63,343 nt of DNA, filler included, from 8 parts of 8 records of this genome joined end to end with filler, not necessarily neighbours in it; one strand, 5' to 3'. Shown: positions 1 through 10,184, counted from the first letter of the whole stretch. Notes: generated by a model from the sequence alone, not told the origin. Made by a program: numbers and translations.

Positions 1-2
1 GT

Positions 3-800
3 TTACATGAAAATTGCGAAGTTGTAGAGCATGGAAACAATTTTTTTATGAGATATACTTTGCCAGATTACGAAACACAGTCTATTGAATTAGAGAAAGT
101 CGGTATAGTCAATCAATACTTCTACAAAGGCAAAGTGTTTGGTGATGGAAATGATGTTTTAGATCCAACAATGCAACTTATTGATACAAATAATCAAGGG
201 ATTATTAATGGAGTAAAAAATTCATCTGTAATTCGTTTTATTGGTTCAATCAATAACGCTATGATAAAGGAAGAAGATATAGAAAAATATAGAAATGAAT
301 TTGCGGAAAGAAATTTATCTTCTAATAATACAAGCGGCTTGATTTTGTCAGATAGTAAATTCAAAGATTTGAAACAAGTTGATAATAAACAGTATTTGAT
401 AAATACAAACCAAATGAAGCAAATAGACGAAAATGTTTATTCTTACTTTGGTGTTAATAAGAACATTCTACAAAATTCCTATTCGGAAGAAGAATGGAAC
501 GCATTTTATGAAGGTAAAGTAGAACCATTTGCAATTCAGCTTAGTTTAGTTATTCAAAATATGATATTCAGTAAAGAACAAATAAAAGCTGGGTGCGGAT
601 TTTCGTTTTCTACTAATAGGTTGCAATATGCGAGCAACTCTACCAAGTTGAATGTATCAAAAGACTTGTTTGATAGAGGATTAATAAATAGAAACGGTGT
701 AATGGATATTTGGAATATGCCACATGTTGAAGGTGGCGAAAAATATTATATCCGTAAAGAGTATGCCGAAGTTAGTAAATTAGATAAGCAGGAGGAATAG
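3..800 (+). CDS. Phage portal protein, 5' truncated by contig edge
   Basis: Frame open from base 3; HK97-portal-like C-terminal half (YFGVNKNILQ, FYEGKVEP, DRGLINRNG); first gene of portal-protease-capsid order. Confidence 0.85.
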   Translation, partial: LHENCEVVEHGNNFFMRYTLPDYETQSIELEKVGIVNQYFYKGKVFGDGNDVLDPTMQLIDTNNQGIINGVKNSSVIRFIGSINNAMIKEEDIEKYRNEFAERNLSSNNTSGLILSDSKFKDLKQVDNKQYLINTNQMKQIDENVYSYFGVNKNILQNSYSEEEWNAFYEGKVEPFAIQLSLVIQNMIFSKEQIKAGCGFSFSTNRLQYASNSTKLNVSKDLFDRGLINRNGVMDIWNMPHVEGGEKYYIRKEYAEVSKLDKQEE

Positions 801-803
801 GAA

Positions 804-1436
804 ATGCCATTCAAACCAGAGAAAAGAGAATATAGAAATCTAACAATGCCATTAAAGGTTGAGAGAACGGAAAAGCGGTTCAACACAGACTTTTATGTCG
901 AAGGATATGCAACTACCTTCGATAAGCCGTATATGCTTTATGAGATAGATGGTGTGAAATATTATGAGCAAGTTGATCGTCATGCATTAAATGATGCGGA
1001 TCTATCAGATGTTATTATGCAATTCGATCATAGAGGAACAGTATTTGCAAGAAACTCAAATGGAACACTAGGACTTAAAACCGATGAACACGGTTTTTTT
1101 ATTTATGCTGATTTATCAAAAAGTGATTCTGCAAGAGCATTGCATCAAGAGATTGCTGCAGAGCTTATAAAAGATATGTCATGGTGTTTTGCAGTAAGCA
1201 AAAGATCATACGATTCCGAAAAGCGTTTAATAACGATTGAAAAGGTTAGTAAAGTTTACGATGTATCTGCGGTTAGCATACCAGCTAATAAAGATACTGA
1301 AATATCTGCGAGAACATTTCTTGAAGGGAGTATTCAAGAAGTGGAAGAACTGCAGGAGTTGCAGGAGAGACAGGAGTTGTCAAAACGCAGAAAAATATTA
1401 GAAATGAATATAAAACTTGGAGGTTTTAGTAAATGA
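804..1436 (+). CDS. HK97-family prohead protease
   Basis: VEGYATTF, MQFDH, MSWCF, YDVSAVSIPAN motifs; RBS GGAGG upstream. Confidence 0.9.
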   Translation: MPFKPEKREYRNLTMPLKVERTEKRFNTDFYVEGYATTFDKPYMLYEIDGVKYYEQVDRHALNDADLSDVIMQFDHRGTVFARNSNGTLGLKTDEHGFFIYADLSKSDSARALHQEIAAELIKDMSWCFAVSKRSYDSEKRLITIEKVSKVYDVSAVSIPANKDTEISARTFLEGSIQEVEELQELQERQELSKRRKILEMNIKLGGFSK

Positions 1437-2893
1437 AAAGACTAAAAGAAATTGAAGAAAGATTAGCAGAGATACAAGGCGATATTCAAAAAAGAGGTGC
1501 GGAGTTGACATCTGAAGAAATTGCTGAACATGAAACAGAATCCAATGATTTACTTGCTGAGAGAAAAAAAATAATTGAAACAAAGGAAAAAAGACAAAAA
1601 GTGCTTGATGGTATTAGTAATGCAGATCTTGGCAATGTTGTTGATAGTGGAACAGAGACGAGTGAACGAAAACTTGTCGTAGATGATGAAAAACGTGCGG
1701 AAGAATTGCTAAATAAAAGAACCGTTCTTGTATCATCAGATGATATTATTTTACCGTCACACCAATCTGGAGATATTAAAGGAACATTCCAAGAGGTTTC
1801 TGGAGTTGTTGATTCAGTAAATATTGAGCATGTAAAAGGTGGAGAAAGCTTTGAACAGCCATATATAATTGAATACGGTGAAGGTGATATTACTGGTGAG
1901 GGCGAAGATGCTGCTGAATCAGAAGTGAAATTTGGCTATTCAAAAATAAACAAAACAAAAATCACCGCTTATGCCGAAGTGTCTAAAGAAATGACTAAGC
2001 TACCAAAAGCAAAATATACAAAAGTCGTCAAAAATGGTATAAGAATTGGAATGAAAAAGAAGATTGTTTCTCAAATCTTCAAAGGTAATGGACAAGAGGG
2101 TAACTTTAGAGGTATATTCCATAATCCATCTGTCGAATCCGAGAGAGTAATTGATCCGAAAACTGATATTGAAATATCAGCAATAAATAATACAACTTTG
2201 AAAACAATTATTTTCTCATATGGTGGTGAAGAAGCTGTTGAAGATAGTGGCAGATGTGTATTGATGCTGAATAAAAAAGACCTTCTTGCTTTTTCATTAT
2301 TGACAAAAAGCAATGGTGATGAATTACATAAAATCAAAAGAAACGGTAACACAGGTTTTATTGATGATACACCATTCATTCTTTCATCAAAATGTAATGC
2401 ATTATCCGATCCAAATACTTCTGACGATGCTTATTGTATGGCATATGGGTATATTAAGAATTACGATACTATTGTATTCTCAGATACAGAAATTGAGCAA
2501 TCAACTGATTTCAAATTTAGAAAAGGTATAATCTGTTATCGTGGTGAAGTGTATATGGGTGGTAATACTGTTGCTCATAATGGGTTTATCAGAGTGAAAA
2601 AGGCGAAAGCTACTTTAGCCGATCTAACAGTTACTTCTGTAGAAGGTGAAACAAGCGGATATACTTCTGTATCAGTGAGTCCATCATTACCAACAGGGTT
2701 AACTTATAAATATAAAACAGGTGCAACTCTCACAGATCCAACATTCGATCAAGTACTTACAAGCGGTTGGAGTGTATGGAATGGAGTTTCAGAGATTGCA
2801 GCAACTACTGGTGAAACAATCATGGTCGCAACAATCGATAGTGAAAACAAATGTAAAGCCTTTGGTATTGCGACAATTGCATCTAAAGCTTAG
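1433..2893 (+). CDS. Major capsid protein (N-terminal coiled-coil scaffold, HK97 fold, ~95-aa C-terminal beta-rich extension)
   Basis: Charged helical N-terminus, capsid-like core ending ...YMGGNTVAHNGFIRVKK; follows the protease with an ATGA-type overlap. Confidence 0.88.
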   Translation: MKRLKEIEERLAEIQGDIQKRGAELTSEEIAEHETESNDLLAERKKIIETKEKRQKVLDGISNADLGNVVDSGTETSERKLVVDDEKRAEELLNKRTVLVSSDDIILPSHQSGDIKGTFQEVSGVVDSVNIEHVKGGESFEQPYIIEYGEGDITGEGEDAAESEVKFGYSKINKTKITAYAEVSKEMTKLPKAKYTKVVKNGIRIGMKKKIVSQIFKGNGQEGNFRGIFHNPSVESERVIDPKTDIEISAINNTTLKTIIFSYGGEEAVEDSGRCVLMLNKKDLLAFSLLTKSNGDELHKIKRNGNTGFIDDTPFILSSKCNALSDPNTSDDAYCMAYGYIKNYDTIVFSDTEIEQSTDFKFRKGIICYRGEVYMGGNTVAHNGFIRVKKAKATLADLTVTSVEGETSGYTSVSVSPSLPTGLTYKYKTGATLTDPTFDQVLTSGWSVWNGVSEIAATTGETIMVATIDSENKCKAFGIATIASKA

Positions 2894-2914
2894 AGCATAG
2901 AAAGAAAAGATATT

Positions 2915-2945
2915 AGAGAGGGCTTTTGCTCTCTCTTTATTTTAT
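2915..2945 (+). terminator. Intrinsic terminator after capsid gene
   Basis: AGAGAGGGC-TTTT-GCTCTCTCT stem followed by TTATTTTAT. Confidence 0.7.
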
Positions 2946-2954
2946 GGTGAAAAC

Positions 2955-3230
2955 ATGGCACTTATTGATGATGTGAAAATAGCATTAAGGGTATCTGACG
3001 ATAAAGTTAATCAAGAAATTCAAGATAATATTGATGCATGTAAGAAACTAATGTCTGTTGCTGGTGTTGGTGTGATAGATGAAACAGATCCGCTTACAAA
3101 AAAAGCAATTAGTTTATATTGTAAAGCTAATTTTGGTATTGACAATGCCGAAAGTGAAAAATATATGCACCATTTTGAAAACTTAGTAACAACACTTAAG
3201 ATTGCGAGTGAATATCATGCGGTGGAGTGA
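2955..3230 (+). CDS. Head-tail connector (gp6/gp15-like)
   Basis: 91 aa, LIDDVKIALRV...AISLYCKANFG pattern, position after capsid. Confidence 0.8.
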   Translation: MALIDDVKIALRVSDDKVNQEIQDNIDACKKLMSVAGVGVIDETDPLTKKAISLYCKANFGIDNAESEKYMHHFENLVTTLKIASEYHAVE

Positions 3231-3492
3231 TTCTATTCTTCTTGAAGGAAAAACAGAACCAGACTTTTGTAGTGAAATGTCTATTGGAACAGATGAATTC
3301 TATAAATCAATGACTGCTGGATTTAAAACACTTATTAAAGTTGAAATGCGAAGCATTGATTATAACAATGCTAAAAGCGCAACTTATAAAGACGAAAGCT
3401 ACGACATCATCAGAACTTATAAAAGAGGTTCTGGAGAGTTTATAGAGCTAACATTGTCAGATTTAAGCGGAGGGAGTGTTATAGTTGGCTAG
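3217..3492 (+). CDS. Head closure protein (SPP1 gp16-like)
   Basis: SIGTDEFY, YDIIRTY, IELTL pattern; synteny; ATG at 3217 preferred. Confidence 0.7.
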   Translation: MRWSDSILLEGKTEPDFCSEMSIGTDEFYKSMTAGFKTLIKVEMRSIDYNNAKSATYKDESYDIIRTYKRGSGEFIELTLSDLSGGSVIVG

Positions 3493-3892
3493 TTTCAATG
3501 TAACAGGTTTTGATGAAGTAGAAAAAGAGCTTTTAAAGCAAAGCGAACGTGCAACAAAGCTAATACCAGAAATGCTTAAAGCTGGCGCAGATGTTGTTGT
3601 TGATGCTCAAAAACAAGAAGTCCAAAACTTCTTTGGTAGTAGTGATAGAAGTACTGGAGCATTAAAGAAATCCATAAAAAAATATAAAGTTAAAAAGCAG
3701 ACAACGATGTCTACTATCGATGTTGCACCATCTGGAAAAGATAGCAAAGGTGTAAGGAATGCTGAAAAAGGCTTTATTTTGAACTATGGAAGGTCTGATA
3801 TGCCAGCTAGACCATTTATGGAAGTTGCTAACGAAAAAAGTGAAGATAAAGCAAATAAAACAATGGCTGAAATTTGGGAGAATGATAAATGA
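3485..3892 (+). CDS. HK97 gp10-like tail component
   Basis: TGALKKSI, LNYGRSDMPARPFM motifs. Confidence 0.85.
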   Translation: MASFNVTGFDEVEKELLKQSERATKLIPEMLKAGADVVVDAQKQEVQNFFGSSDRSTGALKKSIKKYKVKKQTTMSTIDVAPSGKDSKGVRNAEKGFILNYGRSDMPARPFMEVANEKSEDKANKTMAEIWENDK

Positions 3893-4227
3893 TTGTTGAA
3901 GATTGTTTAGTTACGACTCTTAAAGGTCTAGGCTATCCAGTATCTAAGCTAGTTCATGAAGGTGGAGAAACCACCTTTTTTGTATATCAACTTTTACTAA
4001 AAAAACCTACGAGTTTTGCAGATGATGAAAAAACAGATGAAAGATACAGTTACATGGTTCATCTGTTTTCTAAAGAAAATTATAAAACCTTATTAAGTGA
4101 TACAGAAAGCGCGTTAATTGCTGCTGGTTTTGATGTTAGCTCAATAGGTGCGGAAACATACGAAAAAGAAAAAAAATTATATCACATGCCTATGGCTGTG
4201 AAATATGAAAAGGAAGTAGAGGAATAA
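3889..4227 (+). CDS. Tail completion/terminator protein
   Basis: 112 aa, ALIAAGF and YE..KLYH pattern, directly before major tail gene. Confidence 0.65.
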   Translation: MIVEDCLVTTLKGLGYPVSKLVHEGGETTFFVYQLLLKKPTSFADDEKTDERYSYMVHLFSKENYKTLLSDTESALIAAGFDVSSIGAETYEKEKKLYHMPMAVKYEKEVEE

Positions 4228-4229
4228 CA

Positions 4230-4790
4230 ATGGCTAGAATAGGTCTTAGAGATTTATATTTTGCTTCGGTTACAACAGCAAATAATGTTGAAACTTTTGG
4301 AACACCAGAAAGGCTTGCAAAAGCTATAAGCGCAGATATTTCTGTTGAAATAGCAGAAGAAACACTTTATGCAGATGATGCGGTTGATGAAATCGCACAA
4401 GAATTTATAAAAGGTATATTAAAGTTAAACGTAAATGATATTGAACCTACAAAATTAGCAGCATTACTAAATCAATATATTGATGCAGATGGAGTTATAT
4501 TTGCTGGTGAAAATGATGATGCTCCATATGTAGCAATTGGGTTTAGGGCTAAAAAAACTGGTGGTAAATATCGTTATATATGGTTATACAAAGTTAAATT
4601 CAAAATACCAAGCGAGGCTTTTGAAACAAAAGGCGATGGTATCAGCTTTAAAACTCCAGAAATTGAGGGGGAATTTATTAAACGCGAAAGTGACGGAATG
4701 TGGAAGGCTGACTATGTAGGTTTGCCCGATAGTGATGTTGCTCAAGCTTGGTTTGATGCTGTAAAAGAGTATGTAGAACCAGTAGCATAA
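4230..4790 (+). CDS. Major tail protein (phi13-like family)
   Basis: IGLRDLYFA, LYADD, APYVAIGFRA, YIWLYKVKF, ETKGDGISF motifs. Confidence 0.9.
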   Translation: MARIGLRDLYFASVTTANNVETFGTPERLAKAISADISVEIAEETLYADDAVDEIAQEFIKGILKLNVNDIEPTKLAALLNQYIDADGVIFAGENDDAPYVAIGFRAKKTGGKYRYIWLYKVKFKIPSEAFETKGDGISFKTPEIEGEFIKRESDGMWKADYVGLPDSDVAQAWFDAVKEYVEPVA

Positions 4791-4805
4791 AATAACAAGG
4801 AGGAT

Positions 4806-4835
4806 GAGAGCGGTTTATATCGCTCTCTTATTTAT
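4806..4835 (+). terminator. Hairpin (terminator-like) between major tail and chaperone genes
   Basis: GAGAGCGGT-TTAT-ATCGCTCTC followed by TTATTT. Confidence 0.6.
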
Positions 4836-4837
4836 AT

Positions 4838-5260
4838 ATGAGTGTTTTTAGAGATGCAAGAGTTCCAATAGAGTTAGATAAAAATAGACATTTATTGTGT
4901 AGTTTGTATGCGCTAGATGTCTTTCAAGATAAATATGGTGGTATAGAAAAACTAGGTGAGGCTATGTATTCATCAGTTAAAGTTAAAGGCAAAAAAGGCA
5001 AAATTGTTGAAAAAGACATGAAACCGAAATATAAGAATATTGCTGATATTCTAACCTTGCTTTTAAATGAGGGCGCAGATGAAGGTGAAGAAGAACTAAC
5101 GGTTAAAAGGGTATTTAGGCTTGTTCATATTGGTAATGTAAGATATGCGATGGAGAAAATATTCGAAGCATTCAATATAGGCTTTAAAGATGAAGAGAAC
5201 AAAATAGAATATCAAGAAGAAATTGAAGATCTAGAAGATGAAGAAATAAAAAACGTGTAG
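4838..5260 (+). CDS. Tail assembly chaperone (gpG-like)
   Basis: Position between major tail and tape measure genes; acidic C-terminus; ends in slippery A AAA AAC. Confidence 0.8.
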   Translation: MSVFRDARVPIELDKNRHLLCSLYALDVFQDKYGGIEKLGEAMYSSVKVKGKKGKIVEKDMKPKYKNIADILTLLLNEGADEGEEELTVKRVFRLVHIGNVRYAMEKIFEAFNIGFKDEENKIEYQEEIEDLEDEEIKNV

Positions 5261-5469
5261 AGCGAGCAGATAAAATTGATCTAGCTCGCTTTATTTATAT
5301 AGGCGTAACTTTGCTTGGATACACAGAAAAAGAAGTTTGGAAAATGACGATTAGAAAGATACTGATTCTATTTGAAATACACAAAGAATTTAATCCTAAT
5401 AGATTTGTTAAAGGACAGCAAAAGCAAAGTGGATTAGATCCAATAGATGAAGCTTTGGGAGGGTTCTAA
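5248..5469 (+). CDS. Tail assembly chaperone -1 frameshift extension (gpGT-like), not in ORF track
   Basis: -1 frame open from the slippery site to TAA 5467-5469: RVERADKIDLARFIYIGVTLLGYTEKEVWKMTIRK...EALGGF; abuts tape measure ATG. Confidence 0.75.
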   Translation, partial: KKRVERADKIDLARFIYIGVTLLGYTEKEVWKMTIRKILILFEIHKEFNPNRFVKGQQKQSGLDPIDEALGGF

Positions 5470-8204
5470 ATGGCTGAAAATACCTTGAAAACAACTTTAG
5501 CCATTGAAGGCGAAAGAAAGTACAAAGAAGCGTGCAAAGACATTAATGCGACTGTTAGAGAACTTGGATCTCGTATGCGCTTATTATCTGCGGAATATAG
5601 CGATAATGCATATAGTGCTAAAGCTCTTCAAGAAAAACAAAAACTTTTAAAAAAACAGTTTGAAGAAAAGACAAAAAAAGTTATAGAAGCTGAAAAAGCA
5701 TTAAATGATTATGAACAAGCTGGGCAAGGTAGTTCTAGAGCAGCGCAAAATCTTAGAACTAATTTAAATTACGCCAAAGTTGCAGTTGCGAAAACAGAAA
5801 AAGAAATAAATAAGCTTAATGACGAGATGAAAGCTTCGAAAAAAGCTTCAAAGATCTTGGGTAAAGGCTTTGATGAGGGAAAAAGCGCAGCAAAGCAACT
5901 TGAAGATGCTGTTGAGAGTGCAAAGAAAGAGTTAGAAGAACTCGGAAACAAAGCAAAAGAAGTTGGAACAAAGGTTAAAAATGGTCTTGCTGGTGCTGGT
6001 ACTGCAGTTCTTGCAGCAGTTGGAGGAATTGCAAAGGCTGGTAACGATTATCAAACGGCTATGAATGGATTTGTAGCTCAAACAAGTGTACCTGCAGACG
6101 AAGCAAAAGAATTTAAAGGCGTACTAACTGATATATATAAAGGTAATTACGGAGAAGGTTTTGAAGATATAGCGGATTCTATGGCGATTGTTAAGCAGCA
6201 ATTTAATGATATAGATCCAAGTTCACTTGAAAATATAACAACGCAAGCGATCATTATGCGCGATACTTTCGGCTATGATGTGGAAGAAAGTATAAGAAGC
6301 GTAAAAATGCTGATGGATCAATTCGGTATCTCGTCTGATGAAGCTTTTAACTTGTTGGCACAAGGTACGCAAAAAGGTTTAAATAAAAATGGTGATCTAT
6401 TAGATAGTATAAATGAATATTCTGTACATTATAAACAACTCGGTCTGACTGCAGATGAGTTTTTTTCTTCTTTAGAAAATGGTGCAAAATCTGGTACATT
6501 TTCAGTCGATAAACTCGGCGACGGAATGAAAGAATTTGGAATTAGAGTTAAAGACGAAAGCGCAGGAACTAAACAAGCTTTTAGCGATTTGGGGCTTGAT
6601 GTAGATGCAACATCACAAGCTTTTGCACAAGGTGGAGATACAGCAAAGCAAGCATATGACGATGTTATAAAAAAGCTTTTGAAATGGAAGATCCATTGCT
6701 TCAAAATCAAACTGGTGTAGCTCTGTTTGGAACTATGTGGGAAGATCTAGGAGTAAAAGGAGTAACGGCACTTACTGACCTTGATGGTGAAATTAGCAAA
6801 AATGTTGATTCGCTTGGCGAAATAGACAAAGTTAAATATGATGATGCGTTTTCAGCATTGCAGGGCATAGGGAAAATGCTCATGACCGAACTAGTTATTC
6901 CTGTTTCACAAGAGCTATTACCTATGATAGAAGAGTTTGCACAAAAAATAAAAGACGGTGATAGTTGGGTTCAGCCACTCGCCGAAAAAATGAAAGATTT
7001 CATCAACTACATAAAAGATAACGGCGATAAGATCATTGATATTATTACAAGCATTGGAATCGGCTTTGCTGCTTTTAAAATTGCAAGTACAATAATTGCT
7101 GTAGTAAGCGCATTTAAAAAGTTTTCTGTAGCGTTAAAGGTAACTAATAGTGTCATGAAAGCATTGAATATCACTATGGCTTTAAATCCAGCTATTTTGA
7201 TTGCTGCTGCAATAGCTGCTTTGATTGCTGGGCTGGTGATCCTTTATAAAAGGTGTGATAAATTTAGAAATTTTGTTGATACAACATTTAGAGCGATTAT
7301 CAATTTTTTTAAAAATAATTGGAAAAGCTTGTTGCTCTTGATCGTTAACCCCATTGCTGGTGCATTTAAACTTGTCTATGACAACTGTGATGCTTTCAGA
7401 GCATTTATAGATAATTTTGTAGCTGATATTAAAGTTTTTTTTACTGAAGCAATACCAAGCATATTTAATGCAGCCATAGATTTTATAAAAAATAATTGGC
7501 AAGGATTACTACTTCTAATTGTAAATCCTTTTGTTGGAGCATTCAAACTTGTCTACGATAATTGCGAAGGGTTTAGAAACTTTATTGATGGTTTTGTTAG
7601 TTCAGTAGTAGAGTTCTTTTCTTCATTACCAGCAAAAATAAAAGCAAAATTTGATAGTGTTGTTAGCACGGTTTATGCGTGGGTAGAGAATCTTATATCC
7701 ACAGCAAAAGTGCAATTACCGCGCTTTGTAAACACGGTAATTAGTGCCGTTGCTAGTTTACCAAGTAAGTTTTTTGGAGTTGGGAAAAACATAGTTCTTG
7801 GTGTTTGGAATGGCATTAAATCATTATCATCTTGGTTATGGGATAAAGTAACAAATTTCTTTTCCAATATAGTGGAAGGTGTGAAGGACAAGCTTGGTAT
7901 TGAAAGCCCATCAAAAGTATTTGCTGCAATAGGTAGATACATGGCGCGAGGCTTGGGAATTGGCTTTTCTGGAGAAATGAAAACTGTTCGCAAGAGCATT
8001 GAAAACGATATTCCAACTGCTTTTGATATTAATAGTAAAACTAGTTATTCTCAAACAAAAACTAATGAAACCCAAAATGATAAAAGTAGTAATGGAAAAC
8101 AAGCAATAAAGGTTGTTCAAAATTTCTATCATAAAACACGTGATTATGTAAATGAACAAAGGGAAGCTGCAAAAGAACTTAAGCTTGTAGCAAGGGCGTT
8201 ATGA
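5470..8204 (+). CDS. Tail tape measure protein (split into two ORFs by a 1-nt indel at T-run 6677-6680)
   Basis: Coiled-coil N-terminus; adding one T gives ...KLFEMEDPLLQNQTGVALFGTMWEDLG; LGIESPSKVF motif; aromatic periodic repeats. Confidence 0.88.
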
Positions 8205-9088
8205 TGAGAAATTATGAAAAACTAACATATACAAATGAGCGCGGTCAAAGTGTAGAACTTCACCGCGCATCAAAGTATCACGTTAATATGAGTGATGTTA
8301 GTGGATTGAACGATATTAGAAACGAAATATACTCTTTTAACGGTATGGGTCAAGATGGTGATACATACCTTGGAAACCGCATACAAAGTCGTGAAATTGA
8401 GATTATAGGCAAGATAAACGCAACTAGCAAAGATGATATTATTTTATATCGTAGAAAATTAAGCGGTATTTTAAATCCACAGTTAGATGCGACACTTACA
8501 TATGAATACAAAGATTTTAAAAGAATTATTGATTGCAAGGTTAATAATGCACCAGTTTTCAGTAAGGGTAATATATTTTTATCTTTTACTATTCAATTAA
8601 TTTGTTTAGATCCATTCTGGAGAGAGATAGGTGAAACAAGAGACGATATAGCGAGCTGGATCGGAACATTAGAGTTTCCTATAGAAGTACCAGATGATGC
8701 AGGTATTGAGTTTGGATACAGAGAACCATCTTTGATTGTTAACGTATGCAACGATGGTGATGTGAAAACTGGGATGAAAATAGTCATTAGAGCTACAGGC
8801 ACATTAACTAATCCAAAAATTTTAAATGTTTATACTGGCGAGTATGTTACTTTTAATGATTTAACTATGCAAGCTGGCGAAGTTCTAACTGTAACAACTT
8901 ACTATGGGCAAAAAGATGTAAACATATATAAAAATGGCATAAATGAAAATGCATTTAGATATTGGGATGATGAAAGTACATTTATGCAGTTGGACTTGGG
9001 AGATAATCTCTTTAGATACGAAGCTGAAACGAATGCAGATGCTTTGGAGATATCGATATATCACACTAATAAGTATTTAGGTGTTTAG
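8201..9088 (+). CDS. Distal tail protein (Dit / Sipho_tail family)
   Basis: LTYTNERGQS, GQDG, LICLDPFW, FMQLDLGDNLF motifs; follows tape measure. Confidence 0.85.
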   Translation: MMRNYEKLTYTNERGQSVELHRASKYHVNMSDVSGLNDIRNEIYSFNGMGQDGDTYLGNRIQSREIEIIGKINATSKDDIILYRRKLSGILNPQLDATLTYEYKDFKRIIDCKVNNAPVFSKGNIFLSFTIQLICLDPFWREIGETRDDIASWIGTLEFPIEVPDDAGIEFGYREPSLIVNVCNDGDVKTGMKIVIRATGTLTNPKILNVYTGEYVTFNDLTMQAGEVLTVTTYYGQKDVNIYKNGINENAFRYWDDESTFMQLDLGDNLFRYEAETNADALEISIYHTNKYLGV

Positions 9089-9090
9089 AT

Positions 9091-9218
9091 ATGGAATTAA
9101 ATATTTATGATGAATCACTTACGTTAAAAGGTGTTGTAGATAAATTTTCAAGCTTATTATGGACACGTCGCTACTGGTCTTCTGGTGAGTTTAAGCTTTT
9201 AGCTCCTTTTAGCAAGAA
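9091..9218 (+). CDS. Siphovirus Gp37-like baseplate/tail protein, 3' truncated
   Basis: MELNIYDESLTLKGVVDKFSSLLWTRRYWSSGEFKL read from sequence. Confidence 0.7.
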
Positions 9219-9318
9219 NNNNNNNNNNNNNNNNNNNNNNNNNNNNNNNNNNNNNNNNNNNNTTAATTAATTAANNNNNNNNNNNNNNNNNNNNNNNNNN
9301 NNNNNNNNNNNNNNNNNN
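9219..9318. other. Artificial contig spacer (also at 19712-19811, 27330-27429, 33120-33219, 41639-41738, 50575-50674, 56067-56166)
   Basis: 100-bp N-runs each containing TTAATTAATTAA (stops in all six frames); gene content and base composition change across each. Confidence 0.99.
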
Positions 9319-9536
9319 GGGGTTGAATGCTTCTTTTTGGGGGACATTTCCGATGTTTTCGATTGCTTCAATTGTTTCGAAGACTTTGATGTTTTCCGGG
9401 GCCGATGATGATGGGGTTGTCCCGTGTTTCCCCCGGCCCCACGTTTGGAAGGGCTCTTTTGATCCTTTTTATTGTTATCCCGTCGGTTATGATGGGTTGG
9501 GTGAGACCTTTTCACTGACTGCAATCCTCGATTTCT

Positions 9537-9950
9537 TTATTTCTCTTCGGTTTCCCGTTCTTCCAACACGGTTTTCAATACCTTGAGTGCGGTATTGGCG
9601 GCAGGAACGCCGGCATAAATACCGGTTTGAAAGATCACCTCGGCAACCTCCTCCTTGCTGCATCCCACATTGAGGGCCGCGTGGATATGAAGCTTGAGCT
9701 CTTCCGGCTTTGAAAGGGATGTCAACGCCGCCACCGTCACCAATTGGCGGGTGGGGTGCGGGATTTTCTCCCTGGCGTAAAACCGACCGGTGATGTAGAG
9801 GGACATCTCCTTTGCCAAATCCTTATCGAATTCCCGCCACAAGTTGTAGGGTTTGTCCTCATCCTTTACCCCTTTGAAGTACAGCGTTGCCGTTTCAGCC
9901 GTTTTTTTCATCACCTCTTTTTCGTCCATGTCCTGTATCCTTTTCTCCAA
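9537..9950 (-). CDS. Carboxymuconolactone decarboxylase (CMD/AhpD-like) family protein
   Basis: TRQLVTVAAL, ELKLHIHAALNVG, EEVAEVIFQTGIYAGVP motifs. Confidence 0.85.
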   Translation of the reverse strand: MEKRIQDMDEKEVMKKTAETATLYFKGVKDEDKPYNLWREFDKDLAKEMSLYITGRFYAREKIPHPTRQLVTVAALTSLSKPEELKLHIHAALNVGCSKEEVAEVIFQTGIYAGVPAANTALKVLKTVLEERETEEK

Positions 9951-10184
9951 TTTCTTAATTGTTGTGTGAATGTTCGATGAAGCGCACTAAAGCTCATGTT
10001 TTTTGAACTTTTTTTTAATACTGTCAATGACTTTCACAAGATTACTCATCATCATTTTCAAATCACTTTTGCTCTTAGAGCCCCATCATAACAATTTTCT
10101 TGATTAATTCTTTTTTTGAGCGTATGAACATTAGAAATCATCACGTATCTTTTGGCTAAAACCCCAATTTTGTCTTGAGAGTAA

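Larger units (their letters stand above)
1..9218 (+). mobile_element. Siphophage/prophage morphogenesis module (Firmicutes-phage-like)
   Basis: Canonical portal-protease-capsid-connectors-tail-TMP-Dit order, all + strand. Confidence 0.93.

Noticed and set aside
6670-6720. Tape measure as two genes or a programmed frameshift
   Set aside because: One added T restores a continuous conserved sequence; same pattern as other homopolymer errors, and no stimulatory structure seen.
9263-9274. TTAATTAATTAA repeated seven times in the window
   Set aside because: Synthetic six-frame-stop linker inside N-runs; not biological.
9319-9524. Minus-strand Lys/His/Ser-rich ORF at contig start
   Set aside because: Could be a disordered N-terminus of a truncated gene, but there is no recognisable motif.
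9537-10184. CMD-family gene as a cas accessory gene
   Set aside because: Divergently oriented, common housekeeping-type family, with no coupling to the operon.
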